Positions 14,048 through 31,739 are shown, counted from the stretch's first letter. The stretch: 64,000 nt of DNA from the human T2T-CHM13v2.0 reference genome, Homo sapiens (GCF_009914755.1 NC_060933.1), one strand, 5' to 3'. Notes: generated by a model from the sequence alone, not told the origin. Numbers and translations: made by a program.

Positions 14048-14423
14048 TCAGATTTTTAGATTATCGTGACAAATAGCAATATCATGACTGAAACATACTT
14101 GTGAGTGAAAATTAAGCCAACCTCAGTTTCACTGGTATGAAAAATGTGGAGAAGTGATAGAAAAAACTACTTATAACTGGACAAAATAAAAACAAAACAA
14201 ATCAAACCAAACCAAAACAAAAATGACTGTTTTATTACACTCTTCCTGTATTTTTTTGAGTTTATGATTAGACTCAAGGAATAAATATTTGAAACGAGTC
14301 ATTTTTAATATGTATAATAAGTACAAGTGAAATTCTGAATGTAGAAAAAGCCAATAAACAAGAAAATTATTGCAAAGGATGACCTTAGAGTTCATCTAGT
14401 TCAAATGAAAAAACTCAAAAATT

Positions 14424-14755
<332 letters not shown>

Positions 14756-15764
14756 CTAATTTTCAATGTGTCAGAAATTCTTTTCTAATGTCTCAGTGTT
14801 TAACCTAAAAATAGAAAAATAACATGGTATAAGAACTCAAACTTTATTAAGCAAAATATTTAAGAATGAGATATAAGAAGTAATTAGTATAATATCTAAA
14901 TAATTCTGTAAAAAGGAAATATTTCAATACTCTATTTTTATAATTGACTTTGCTGCTTTTCCTGCAGTTCCTCTCACTGATAGTTCAAGGATTGCTGAGT
15001 TGCTTTCCTGGTAATCATATAAACCTGAGTGCATCTCAGACCCAGAGTGCCTGCTTGTTTCAATACCTATTACTGTCTTCTCACCTACAATGCTCCTAAA
15101 TATTTTTAACTAATACAGTAGCATGTTAATTTTGGAATTTAGTACACCTTTTTTATAAAAGAAATCAGTTGCTATGTAGTTAAACACTACTCTTTTATGT
15201 TAGATTTTCTTGAATTTCACAAGATAAAAATTAAAATTTCACAAACAATAGTCTTATTTTAACTTTTTAAATATGCTAGTATTCATGTCTCTTATTTCTA
15301 TTAATTAATGCTGTATATACTCTAATTATTTATACCTTTGAAAGGAACAAAGACAGCATAATGGCATATTAATACAAAATCACTTTATTTCATAATATCT
15401 TGAAACATTTAAATAATAACAAATATATTTTATATTTCTTCAAGATATTCATTGCTATATATCGTCAGTACCAACCATATGTAATATATGAGCAATCTAG
15501 AAACCATTTAATGTAAATATTTAGAATAAGAAACCCTTGAGTGTGCTCTTGTTTGGATTACAAAACCAGCAGTATTATACCACTCTAATAACGGAACAAA
15601 AAATAATTTACTATACTCATTTGTCAGTTTTTCATATCAGACTGAATAAGAGAAAAAATATACGAACAAAAATGCGAATATGAACAAATAGAAAGTGAAA
15701 AATAAAAAGAAAAATGCACTACTTTAACACAACTTAAAAGAGAAAAGCAAAATACATTTTAAAT

Positions 15765-15960
15765 GGAATATACATAAATAAGATAGAAGGAATAAATTCA
15801 ATGTTTGATAGTAGAGTAGGATAACTACACTTCACGAAATTGTATTGTACCCAGGTGATGGACACTGAATATCCTGGCTTGGTCACTACAAATTGGATAC
15901 ATGTAACAAAATTTCTCTTGATCCCATACATTTGCACAAACAAAAACAAAGAAATAAATG
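15765..15960 (+). mobile_element. L1MA/PB 3'UTR tip
   Basis: agatagaaggaataaattcaatgtttgatag...ggtgatggacactgaatatcctggcttggtcactaca...catgtaacaaaatttctc. Confidence 0.75.
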
Positions 15961-16389
15961 TTAAACATTTAAAAACTGGTGCCATTTATGAACAAATATG
16001 CATTTGAGCATTCCTATTTATTTTCTTCCTTCTGTAGGTTTTGTTCAGTTAAAAAATGTCAATAACAAAGGAACATTATCAAACTAATCATAAGGATTCC
16101 AAAAGCAGGAAATTTTATAAAATATATCTAGTTCAAAGTAAAGCCAGAGAAGGAATTAAGTATTATTGCAGAGGCATGCGGGTCTTTGCTTCAAAATGAT
16201 AGAAAGACATTGAGTAAGTATACAGAAAGGGAGTTGAAAAACGCACTGAAATAATGACATTTATTTAAAATATTTAGATTAGTGTTGGGTGTGGGTAAAA
16301 AACTACTTTTGGGATTCTGGTAATATTCTTTTAATCAAACTAATTCATTAGTGTAGTGATCCAAGTGGTTGTGACAGTTCAAACAAGTG

Positions 16390-17790
16390 GGCTAATAAAT
16401 GGTGCAATATGTGAAGTATAGGCTACAGCTCAAGCATTGGAAGGACACACTGCAAGCACATGGTTTTCTGTGGGATGAATTGTATGTGTACAGGCAGTGA
16501 GATATAAATGGTTTTATTATTCCCATTCTCAGAATCCTTAGGTTAAAGTCAAAAAAAAGGCTGGAATTGAGTGGAACTGATAGTATCCCTATAAACTTTA
16601 TACAATTAATCAGAGAGGAGGCAGGGAGAGAAACAAAAATAAGCCAAGCTGGTAGCACTCTCAGTTAATCATTATGTAACCCTGTGACCTCTTCCTCATA
16701 GTTGTTTGTCTATTGCCTCAGAATCACATAGTCCCTGTTACAAGATTATCATACCCCTTAACTGCTCTATAGACAACGATTTGAATATTATGAAACATTA
16801 AGTTTTCCCTCTGAGATATTCTTTAAAGCAGATCCTGCACACCGATGAAACTACTGATGCCAACAGCTCTGAAAGACCCCATTGACACCAGCTAGTCTGA
16901 AGGATCCCAGAAGAAACTGACTCACCAAAGAATGCAGTTTCCACATTCTGATAATTTTATCCCCTTTTCCCTGACCAATCAATTACCCCAATTTTCCAGG
17001 CCCTTGTACTCTATGACATTCTTAAAAATCCAAGCCCAGGACTCCTTTGGGACATGGATTTGAGGCTTTTCTTTCATCTCCTTGCTCCACACCCTGTGAT
17101 CATTAAACTTTTTCTAATACAAACCCTGCTGTCTCAGTGTATTAGTCTGTTAATGCAGGCATATATACCTGTTGGTCCTAAAATAGAACCACTTAAAATT
17201 TTTAATTAGCTGTGGTTTTCCCTCCTATATCAATGACTATAGAGTTTCTCTGGACGTATCTTCACACTAATATGCCTGCTGACAAAAACCAGATGAAGAA
17301 GTTGCAATCCAATAGGCAGGTTACCAAGGAGTGAAATCCTTCGGGGGTGATGGGCTGCATATATCCTTATCAGATCAAGAACACCGGCCAGCTGTGGTGA
17401 TGGTAAAAATCAAAGGGAACAAAGAATGAATTTCAGAGAAAAGAATTTTCTCAAAAAGACCTGACAAATAAAAAAAGGAAATATTAATTTTATTTACTAA
17501 TAAAAAATATAACTTCATTTCTATTTTCTCTACTATTTAACATAGGGTATCATCGTGCTGGTTATATCTGTGGTTTAATCTCAAAATGTCTTGTGATTAA
17601 TTATAAAACTTGAGATGGAAAGGATGTCATCCAGAGATATAGGATTTAAAGCTATAATTGATGGAATTAAAGTTATTTCCTCTGGGAAAGACAAATGTAT
17701 ATGAGACATAATTAGTTGTATGAGGCATAATTACCATATGTATGCTAGGAACATTTTCAGAAGACTAATTGTGTGATAAAAGACATTTCT
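16390..17790 (+). mobile_element. Degraded ERVL/MaLR internal 3' fragment hosting the LTR26-like element
   Basis: aagaacaccggccagctgtggtgatggtaaaaatcaaagggaacaaagaatgaat (about 17377-17431) resembles the ERVL-int pol 3' end. Confidence 0.5.
16578..17185 (+). mobile_element. ERV1 solo LTR, LTR26-like
   Basis: tga..atccctataaactttatacaattaatcag start, ATTAAA at 17102-17107, end gttggtcctaaaata; 4-bp TSD GAAC at 16574-16577 and 17186-17189. Confidence 0.85.
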
Positions 17791-20700
17791 GGTTATTGGA
17801 CACCTGAGTAGAGCTGTTTGCATAGGAGAGATCATCAATGTTTCAGGTACACAATATGCAAATACCTTTCTATTTGGAGGCCATGAAACAAAGCCTCAGG
17901 GATAGTTGATTAATTATTCACAGTAGCTGTGGGAGCACTGAGATTCCACCTGTAGCAATACAATTGAGAATCCATCAGAGGCAAGCACTCAGTGGAGACA
18001 GTGCTCTATAGAATACCAAATGGGTATTTCCTGTGTTCCCTGCCTCTTAGCCTTCCTTTCTTTTTGTCCATTTAGAGCTGTCTAGAATTCAACTACTTCA
18101 AGCTGCAAAAACATCTTATGTCATTGTACATTCATCTGATTATATGTCAGTTGCTTAACACCAAGAAATCTGACACTCCGTAGCTGTTATGGTTATTTTT
18201 AATAGTAGTAGAATAATGTATTATTATTGAATTCAATAAAAATTGAAATCAATACATGAATTTGCATTTTGTGTGCACACAAAATAATGTTATTCTTTGT
18301 GAAAATATGTACCATGTACATATCATAATGCAAACTGTGTTTGCTTTCCTTGACAGGACTTTTGAGCTGTGATATTCAAATCACTGAACATGATATGGGT
18401 AAAATGAAAGCTTTTATCCTCATTCTTTAGTAAATATACTGCATAATTTACCTGGACAGTGGTCTCACTGTTTAGAGAATCATAATATACTGCATTTGCT
18501 CCAGTATGCCATAGTGAATAAAAACAACAGAAAGAATTACGGAACCTAAAACAAGCAGACAAATCACATAACTAAGAGGAAACTTCAGGACCTTAGACAA
18601 AAGGCACTTCAGGCTTAACAATAGGGCAGAAATGTTGCAGAAAATTTTAGAGTAATATCCATTGTCATAAAAATAACTTAGTGGTTGTATAAGTCCATTC
18701 TGTGTATGTACCATGATTCAGTTGACCACTCCTTGATTAACATGCATACTTAACATTGTTTCCTTTGCTATTAGTAGCAGTAGTATAGCAATGTGATCAA
18801 TATTTTTGTACACAAAGACTTCTTTAAATAAAAATATTTTAAAGGGAAAATTTTGGTTATTCCTACTATTTACTTAGATCAAGTTTTTGTTTTCTTTTTT
18901 AGCGTTATGATATTTTTCAATATTTTCTTTAAATTATATATCAATGCCTTGTTCTCTGCCTTTCCAAGAACAATAAAACACTTCAAAATTTAGTGTTTTA
19001 TTTATTTAGCTAGACTTTTCAGAAGAATATTAGATAATTCTGCCAGTTGAAGGCATAAGCCTGTTTTTAAAAAATAATCCCTGTTATTTCTTATAACAAG
19101 GACTCTGTAGGATGGGATTAGACATTCTGAGTTCTTCAGAATTATGTAATTTTAGAAGCTATGATGCCTGTTTGGCAGAAGTTTTAGGTATTTGACCAGC
19201 CATATATTTTCCTTTCCAAATTGGATCAAAATGTATTTCTGGATTTGATTTAGTCTGCTCCCAAACTGCCACAACAAAACTGCATCAAAGCTCTCTGACA
19301 CCAAAGACATTTGCCTTTAACATTGCTTTAGATTTGCCATCTTTCTTTTTGAATGTCAACTACCCAGATTTTGACATGATTCCTAGAACTTAAGTATGGT
19401 ATCATGAAGAAGAAACACCTTTTCTTCCTCAGGAAACTTCTAGATTTATTAAAGTTAGTACTGTTTTAAAATATTCTATAAAACATTTGCTACAAATAAA
19501 ATCTCCATGAAAAGATGGAGATTTTTGTTTTCTGTGTTCAACAGTCAAAAGATGTTCTTGGAATAGAAGGAGTCCAGTAGGCTTCTTAAAGCAATAGATA
19601 AACCTCCAGAGCTTAGCAAATTTGTTATATTTTATAAACCAGCTCTTGAGGTCACTTTAACTTCAATGACAACAAAATGTGATATGACTCTAAATCTTTC
19701 TATCTAATAAAGGAAGAAGATCTTTCAGGAAATATTCACAATGCCACCAAAAAAATGAAACTATTGAGATTTAACTTTTTGTAAGCATTTAATTAGTAAA
19801 TTCACATCATCTTATATCAAGTACAATATTAAGAGCAACCCGCCCCCTCTTTCTTATTAATGAGAACTTGGAGCTATGTCCGAGAGTTCATTCCTTGACT
19901 TTATGCACCGAGCTGAACATTAAATAATGTGGATCTTAGCTCTGCCTTTCCTTGGGAGTTCATGTCAAAATTCTAATATTTCAGCAAGGACATTTTAAAC
20001 AATAGAAGGAAGATATTTATGTTTATTCTCAGCATTTTAATTTGATTATACATGCAGAAGTCAATATTATTTTCAGATATTACAATGATTTTTGTTATAA
20101 GATATACTTAATTTAGGATAAATTAATCTATTAAAGTCACTTTTACCCAGCTCAAAACTATTTTTAATGAATATTATGGGCATTTTGATAGAAATAGATA
20201 TATATCATATAAGTATAATTTGTGTATTTCTACATATGTATAGAACACAAGATTTCAAAAAACATTGTGTATTAAAAATGGGAATAGATTATATTAGCTA
20301 AGAACAGACTATAGAAACAGATGAGTTAAGTTTGTGTCCAAGCATTGCATTTAGAAACTCCAGGACTGGACTCCACAGTTCTGTTGTTTGATCTCCTTAG
20401 GTATGTATTTTCAGCAATAATTTTATATCTCTAATAATATTGTGGCTTAAACATGATATTATATATAAAATTATTGTCGCAATGCTTGTAACAGAGTGAT
20501 GTCTTAGTAAATATTATCTATTATAGAGTTTAGTTTGGTTCCTGATGCCTATTTCTTTTAAATATATCCTTCTATGTATTTCAGTCTTTTAAGAAAATAA
20601 ATACACATTTTAAGCTATTTTTCTTTTTTGTATCAATCATAGCATGAACTGAGAGTGACTTCATTTTTACCTGTAACTTTTTTTAAATAGATTATGCTCA

Positions 20701-23331
20701 ATAATTTGATATTGTTGAATTTTGATTGGCACAGAAAAGACTTTCATGTTTGGAAAATATTGACTTCTTCAATGGTCTGGCGCTCTAAAGAGTTACTTGA
20801 AGGAAAATGTTTTTAAAGATTGTAAAATTGTAGATGTTTTTAAGGCTTTTAAGCACTTTATAAGTGAGAACTGTATGCATTATACATTAATTTTGGTGAT
20901 TTTTACCTTATTTTCTCTGGAATTTCCCTTATTAAAGGTAAAAAATCATCAAACTATTAGTTATTGGCTAACCACTTTTTTAAACACTTGTAAGGATTTT
21001 TTGTAACATATCCACTTTTTGTTTCAATTCTATTTTTATAAAAGCAAACATAAAACATAAAACAAAATTTATCCCGTTAAATTGAGCAAAATAAATTTCA
21101 GTACTTGTTCTCTAGTCCTCAGCTGCTCCATGATACCTGTTTTGTTTGCTTTTTCTGTGAATCTCCTGTATAATCTTTTTTTTTTTCTTATGCCCTACTG
21201 ATACAGCGTGGAATTGCTTTCCCCAGTCTTAATTCTGATTTGCCTTGGATTCATCGATTTTTCATGTATTCTGCCTTCCCCTTTAATGCTGCTATTAATA
21301 CTTCCTTGAGTTACTTTCATGCCAGGTAACATGTATTGATGGTTTATTGTAAGCTACCTATGTACTATCACAAAATCCAATTAAATGTGTGGTCATTTAC
21401 TCTCCAAAGTCCCTTTTCTGTATCAGTTCATGACAAATTGTGCATCGTTCTTTCAAAAGCACTTATTTTTTTCTCTGCCTGGAGGAATTCTAATACAATC
21501 ATTAACCTACAAGTTAGGGATTGCTGCTATATTCTTTATAAGTTGCTATAGTGAGCTGAGTCTATATGCCCTAAATACTGCCATAATGTGATTTTTGGAG
21601 CAGTTTTATTTTTTGATCGAACTTATAGGTAACTATCTTACTTTCCTAGTCAATTTTAATTATTTGACATTGTATCACCTTGAAGCAAAAACAGCAGAAA
21701 CAAAATTTACCCTAAATATTGATTTCAGCTGTCACAGAAATAGAAGCCACATCTAAAAGGAGTACTACTGTTCTTTCTGGTTGAAATATTTTCAAGAAAT
21801 CTATCTTGGTGACAAAATTGCAATAGAACTAGAGTCTTTGTTTGGGACTATTACTGAAAGCTGAGGGCTAAATGAATGCAAGTCTATGGCAAAATTAGGA
21901 AGTCAAAAACTACCTCATGATATAACTTGACATTCACTCTCTGTCATCTCTCAACATGATTAAAAACTCTAAATCCTCATAAACCGGTAGATTATGGTTC
22001 AGTATAAATATATGCCAAAAGGATACTGAAGGATGTATTTATATGTTATTTGTAAGTACAATCATTTTTAAACTTACAAATATGTAATAGTAAATTATCC
22101 AAATGTGTAGAAAGACATATCTAAATATTGTCATAATCCGTACTTACATATACAAATAAAAAACATATGTGTTTATCTAAATAAAATCACGATTTGTATT
22201 TTCGGCTTTGGTACCACATTTCTTGAATATTCACTTAACCTGAAAACTATTTTGGGCTGGGGACGAATGAACCTTTTTGCCTTCTGTTTTCCTTTGGGTT
22301 CTATTTTACTTTGATCTTGGCAATCCAAAAGAAGATATCTTTGCTTTTCAAGTAAATTTTGCACCAGATTCATCTTACCATACAGACAACAAGAGATAAG
22401 TAATACAAAATGAAGACAAAGTGGGTGAGGTAATAGTAAACAAGAAGGCCGCATCACTAAAATGTTACTATGCAAAAGACATTTCTGTTTATGTATAATT
22501 TAAAATAAATTAGCCCTAGACCATCCAATGAAAACCCTGTTTCCCAGAGTTACTTAGTGTAGCATCTTTTATCCTAACTCCTGGGAACCACTTTTCAACC
22601 ATATTTGTACTATAGTTAGATTCATTTGTTATGGTCTTCATTTCACCTTGAGATACTCCAAAATATTGGCAGATTTTTTTAAAAATTTGCAAAGAATTAA
22701 ATTCATTACTTGTGTTATAGAGATTTATGGGTTTTGGTAAATGCTTACACTACCACCCTCGCAGTGCTACACAGAAACATTCAATCACTGTAAAAATGCC
22801 CCTGTACAGCCCCTGGCAGTGAATTCCTTGACCCTTCTCCAACTCCTGACAGATAGATATATTTTCTATCCCAATGATTTTGGTATTTGCATAGTGGTGT
22901 CTCATGTCTTTTAATTTGCATTTCTCTAATGACTAATAATCTTTATCATCTTTTGACATGCTTATTTGCCATCCATATGACTTCTTTTACTAACTGCCTG
23001 TTCACATCTTTTTTTTTCCGTTTATTAATTGGGTTGTTATATGTCTTATGGATGTATTTAAGAGCTCTCTATAAATTCTGGATACAAATTTTTTATCAGA
23101 CATGGGACTTGCAAATGTTTTCTCCCCATCTGAGGCTTGTCTTTGAAGTTCTTTCACAATATATTCCAATTCATCTGATTTTTTTTCCTCTCTCTCTTGG
23201 ATGGTACTTTTAGTGTTATATATAGAAACTCATCACTAAAGCCAATGTCGTGTATATTGTTATGTTTATTTTCTTCTAGAAATACAAACGTTGTATATTC
23301 TGCATGTAGATCTAAGATATATGTTATGTAT

Positions 23332-23728
23332 TGTTATGAATGAACTGTGTCCCCCCAAAATCATATGTTGAAACCCTAATCCCCAGTACATAAGAATGGA
23401 ATGTATTTGGAGATAAGGACTTTAAACAAGTAATTGGTTAAAATGAGGCCCTTAGCGTGGGTCCTAATCTAATCTGGCTGGTATCCATATGGAAAATAGA
23501 AATTTGGACACACAAGAGACACCAGGGATGTGCATGCACAGTGGCACAACCATGTGAGAAGGCAGCTAGAGGGGGTCTATCTGCAAGTAAAGGAGAGAAG
23601 ACTCAGGAGAAACCAGGTCTGTTGACACTTTAATTGTGGACTTCCAGAAATGTAAGAAAATAAATTTCTGTTGTTGAAGCCATCTAACCCACAGTATTTG
23701 GTTAAGGCAACCTCAGCAAACAAATACA
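23332..23728 (+). mobile_element. MLT1B-like MaLR solo LTR
   Basis: tgttatgaatgaactgtgtccccccaaaatcatatgttgaa...aaataaatttctgttgttgaagcca...gcaaacaaataca. Confidence 0.88.
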
Positions 23729-23922
23729 TATACTCTATGCAAACAAGTTTTATACAAGTTGTAAGATATATGTTGAGATTGATAGTTTTTGCATATGGAC
23801 ATCCAATTGTTCCAACAAAATTTATTGCAAAGAAAATCCTTTCTTCATGAAACTGACTTTGAACTTTTATCAAAAATCAGTTGCCTATATAAAGGTATAT
23901 TTTTGAGTTCTCCTTTTGGTTG

Positions 23923-26008
<2,086 letters not shown>

Positions 26009-26699
26009 AACTTTCCTTTGTTTCCATTAATATTTTTGTCCTTTTGCCAATACCACACTATTTTTATTACTATATCATTATGATAATTTTGAAATTGATT
26101 TATGTGAATCCTTCAACTTTGTTCTTCAAACTGAAAATTATCTTGGTTATTCTAGTGACTTTTCATATAAATGTTAAATCCTGCTTGTTAACATCTGTAA
26201 AAATATTAGTAAGATTTTGATTGTGTCTTGATATCTATAGATCAAACTGGAGAAATGTTAATACCTTAGCAATATTGCATCCTACAGTTAATATGGGTAT
26301 AAGATATTTAAAATTATCTAAGTGGTTTGTATTATATTTTCATCTTTCATTGATCTAGAATCTCAGAATGCAGGTTTAGTTTCTGGCTAAGGGCTAATCT
26401 TTGAGAATTCTTTTACAAAAGAAAAGAAATACATATTTTGTGAGTAGATTATTTTAATATGTCTACATAATAATCAGGTTATCAGTATTTGGACAGTTTT
26501 AATATTCTTTTCCAGCATTTATGAAAATCATGCCTAAGAAAATTGATGAAGAATAAATAATTTTGTCAGAAACCATGTCAAAATTTGCCATCAACCATTG
26601 GTGTGAAATATCTCATCACAATGAAAAGCGGTGATTACAAATCTACTGATGAACTATTAGCATTTATTTTAAAATTATTTATTCAAGTTTGATGTTTAT

Positions 26700-27080
26700 C
26701 AAATGATCGCAATTGTTTACTTTGTCTTGACCAAACTTTAGTAGGCTTCTTTCCTGCTCATAGATCCTTGAACTTCAGGTTGCCCCAAGCCTGAGCAAGC
26801 AATAAAATAAGGAGTGTGCCCTCTTAGCTCATCCCCAGAATCTACTATCCAGAGTAGAACACATTCTTGCTGAAGGTTGCCAGTTGTTCAGTCTACATAC
26901 ACACCATCATCTTCCCAGCATCCTCTTTCTCACTACTTACCCTTCCCTGTTACAGGAAAACCTTTGCCGGTTTGATTTTGAGATACTTACAGTTCCTGAG
27001 TTAGAAGTGTTCTTCTTATGGGAATCTTCTTTCTATGTAAAGTGCCACATTATGTAATTTGGATTTATTTTTATTTGACA
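26700..27080 (+). mobile_element. ERV1 LTR of the MER31/MER90/MER93 group
   Basis: cttgaccaaactttagtaggcttctttc near the start and ggatttatttttatttgaca at the end. Confidence 0.6.
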
Positions 27081-27173
27081 ATATAATTGTACCAATGACA
27101 AAAATATATGCAGCCCATGGTGTAATAATGTATTATTCATTGACATAAGACTTTTTTAAAAAAGGATACTTTG

Positions 27174-27484
<311 letters not shown>

Positions 27485-27972
27485 TTATACTCATATTTTA
27501 TATCCTGATTTACCAGGCTCATGCTAAGAGGTGCTGCTCGTCTTTCATGTTTTGGTTCTGTTTAAAGCAGAATTTCACAAATAATTTAATATTTCTACTT
27601 TTATATCACTATAATTACATGACTCACAAACAGTATTTGTTAATTCCATTAATCTTTTTCATTCAAAACATCAATTTAAGTAGAGTGGTAGGAAGTTTTG
27701 GCTTTTTTAAATCAAAGAAAATGTTTGACATTAATTTTATGGTTGTTTCAAATTCAGTAAAGTTTAATTTGAAAGAAAGGACATTTGGGTTAAAGTGATG
27801 ATATACTGGTAAAATTTGGCAGGAAATCACGTTGTGGTAAATAAAAATCTAATAAGAAACAAGATAGCTTATTAGTAAGGTGAGATATCCTGTCATCTGA
27901 AATAGAAACTGTGGTTTTCAAAATCCACACATGCATATGTACACCACACACACACAGATATATATTTTAGAA

Positions 27973-28213
27973 CAGAGTTGGCCAACTTTTTCTGTAGAAA
28001 GCAAAAATACATAAATGAATGAGCATGGATATATTTCAATAAAAATGTATTTGCATACACTGATTTTAAACTTTATATACTTGTAAATGTCACAAAATAT
28101 TTTTTTCCATTTCAAATGATTTTAAAATGTAAAAACCATTTTTAGCTCATGGGCTGCACTAAAACAGGTGGTGGGCCAGATTTGGTATGTAGGTCTACTT
28201 TTTTGGATTCCTA
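27973..28213. mobile_element. MER58B-like hAT DNA transposon
   Basis: cagagttggccaactttttctgta...aaaatgtaaaaaccatttttagctcatgggctgcactaaaacaggtggtgggccagatttgg. Confidence 0.82.
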
Positions 28214-28370
28214 ATTTGAAGAAATGAAAATACAAAATTTCTGTGATGAAGCTGGTATTAAATATATTTTAAGAAATAATTTAGCGTGGCAATATGCACT
28301 ATATTTTCTATCTTAGAATGGATTTCTAATTTAAAGAATTAATATTTGAATCAACAAATGTGTCCTACAT

Positions 28371-28555
28371 TGGGGTTACCAAATAAAATATAGGAGGCAT
28401 GGTTAAATCTCAATTTAGATTAAAAAATACTTTTTACACTACTTACAACCTAAACATTACACAGGTCATACTGTTAGTAAAAAAAAAATATCGTTTTATA
28501 AGAAGTTGAAATTTAACTGGGTGCATTATTTTTCCTTCTAAATCTAGCAACTTTA
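28371..28555. mobile_element. MER53-like palindromic hAT MITE
   Basis: ggggttaccaaataaaatatagga...gttaaatctcaattt and aagttgaaatttaactgggtgc...aaatctagcaacttta. Confidence 0.75.
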
Positions 28556-30233
28556 CCTGCAACTGTATTTAAAATGTAAAGTAATTGTGTTTACATTTTG
28601 GTTAGATCTTGCTAAAAATCCGCTGGAAATCCCTCAAGTTATTGAACAGATAGAGCGCAAAAATACTTCAGACTTGAAAGCTTTTTATGAACTTTTATTA
28701 TTGAAAGCAAAGTTTGCCAATATGAGGTCTTCATAATTTTTCCTTATAATAGCAAGCTGGTAACTGCAAGCCATTAAAATATGAGATTCCAAAGACATAA
28801 AATATTTAATATAAATAACTACAACTAAACATGGAATTAATCTTTTAATGAAGTTTCTATTTTTAATTGGAAATTTATATTCTATAAAACAATGAAATGA
28901 AATTGAAAGGACCTGTAATTTTATAGCATTTACTTTTGGTAAACATTCAAAAAATGATAAATAAAGACAACTTATGTGATGAGTTTTGACTTACAATGTG
29001 TTTCATCAAACAAATGCTCATACAATGTGTTTCATACTCATAGTTCATACAAAATGCTCATACAATATGTTTCATCAAACAAGTGAAAAACTCAGTAACC
29101 ATTTAAATATTTAGGCCAAAGTAGTTATACACTTCTGTATAACAATTAGAATTGAGAGTATCCTCCATCTAGTAGAAGTTTTTCTGAATATATCAGTACC
29201 TGAACACCTAAGAGACAAAAAGTATTTTCTCAAAGCTATAATGGTACATGAATAAATTAAAGTTGAAAATGAAAACAATTTAAATTAATCATGCAATGCA
29301 ACTTAAAAGAACATTGAGGTGAGGTTATGGTAACAACAAAATTATAAACCTATATTGAATGAAAAATACACATTTTTATGATAATGCCAGTATAAAATAT
29401 AAAAATGATTTTAGGAAGAAATTTGTCTAAGAAGCTGAAAAGAAATGTATGAATATGTACCAAGAATAACTACCTTCTTATGTTACTCTTAATATTCAGA
29501 AAATCAATATTAATATTATTTTAATTATCCATAAGGTACATATATATATACATGAATATATAATATGTGTATAAATATGTTATTTTATGACCAAATTTCT
29601 TGTGTGGAAACAGTTTTTGAAATGGACCATTTTGCTTAATAGAGTTAATTTATTTGTGTTTAAATACATGTTTATAAATTAATATAACTGTAATTATTTT
29701 AATGTTCATCTACCCCAAAAAACAAAAAGCCATCCTGGTTTGAATAGTAAATCACATGGCTGCCCTAATTTTTAATCCTTACCTCTTCTGCATGACATCT
29801 TTCACCAGGATGGACCTGGTCTTTCTCAGTACTACTATCCAGTACATAGTTCTATTATTTTTGTGTAACCATGCATTTTATTTACCTATATGACAGATTT
29901 TTTTCATATTTTTATTTCTGGTTCCTAAAATACCATATGTAGAATTGCTCAGTAAATGCTTTATGTACTGAATTAAAGTCATAGCTCTAGAAATAAAAGT
30001 AAGACTATATTTTCATTTTCATTGCAAATTTATTTTGTATTTACATTTCAGGTTTTGGGTTACACATTTTTGGTTTGGGTGCAATAGTGAGCATAAAATG
30101 TTGGAGGTTTATTAAATATCATTTTTCTTGTGTTTTCCTACATAGAAAAAAATTAAAAATTTGGGTTGTCAGAAATGGTTATATACCTTGTGATACGCCG
30201 GGTTAGCCCCAGGCAACAAAAAATATGAGGTGA

Positions 30234-30542
<309 letters not shown>

Positions 30543-31289
30543 GAGGTGATTTTTCTTTTAACTTACCATTTCAAGGAATGGAGAAGCTTCTGCTGTATTT
30601 ATTTAGGAATACTCTGTGTACTTGCAAAAAGTATTTGGATCAATTTCTATAAAGGTCTTACTTTAAAAATTGTATTTGTATTGGCAATGTGGTGAGGTAG
30701 ATATGAGCAAAAAACGTTGATAACATCTTGCTACTTTGCTTTCAGTTAATGTTTTCCTTGTATAGTTTCATATTTTATTCTGGAGTTCATGAATATACAG
30801 ACTTATGAAATTTATTGTTGTAATTTTGTGAATTAATTATTGGTTCACAATCCTAATTTTTTAATATCAAATGAGATAGCTCAGCTGTTTACTATCATTC
30901 GTGACATGAAACCATAATAATATTTTAAAATGTATATATAATGTTTGTTACAAGAGAAAGAAAACTTTAAAGAACATTAAGAAATTAATCATCTAGTAAG
31001 AAAATCCATATAACTACAAAAGCTTTAATTAGTCCACAGTTCTAAGAACATACAAATATTATACATATACATACAGAGTATAATTTTTTCCATGATTGTC
31101 TAGTTTCTGAAAATTAGTATTTCTAATATATGCCTATTTAAATGGAAAAGATGATAAAAGAGTAATATCATTAGAAAAGTCTCTTTATCCTCATTTTTAA
31201 ATGTTTATTTAGTAGTTTTAACTGAAATACACCAGAACTTAATTACACAAGATAGTAATTATATGTAACAATAGCATTTCATTTATTTA

Positions 31290-31460
31290 TGTACAGTTAT
31301 AAAATACACTATTATAGTACATTATTTTATTCTCAAAACAACAATGTATATAAGTAATATTTTATCCTTATTTTGTAGATGAGAAAACTGAGGCAGAAAA
31401 ATTGTTCCTAAAACTACAAAGATTCTAATTGGAGATGATAGAACTTGATTCTAGTGTTTT
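31290..31460 (-). mobile_element. MIR
   Basis: ttatccttattttgtagatgagaaaactgaggcaga core. Confidence 0.7.
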
Positions 31461-31739
31461 TCTCAAATGCTTTATTGCTTCAAGATGAGAAGCAGTTTTA
31501 AAAATATATACTAGAATTGTATAGTAATTTTCCAGAGAACTTAAGAGGGCTACTAATCTTTAAATAACTATGAGAACAATGAAATCTTGATACATTTCTC
31601 TTGAGGTTTAACAAATGATTTTAAAAGTACTTAAATTATCAGGTTAAAAAAAAGCAGTTAACCTAATATCAATAAATCAAACATCCTGTTTTACATTACT
31701 TATAAGGATGTAAAGTTTGATATTACAGAATTAATAAAA

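Noticed and set aside
22173-22475. 100-aa minus-strand ORF in apparently unique DNA
   Set aside because: Non-ATG start, no recognisable motif and no convincing splice-site pair; length is compatible with chance.
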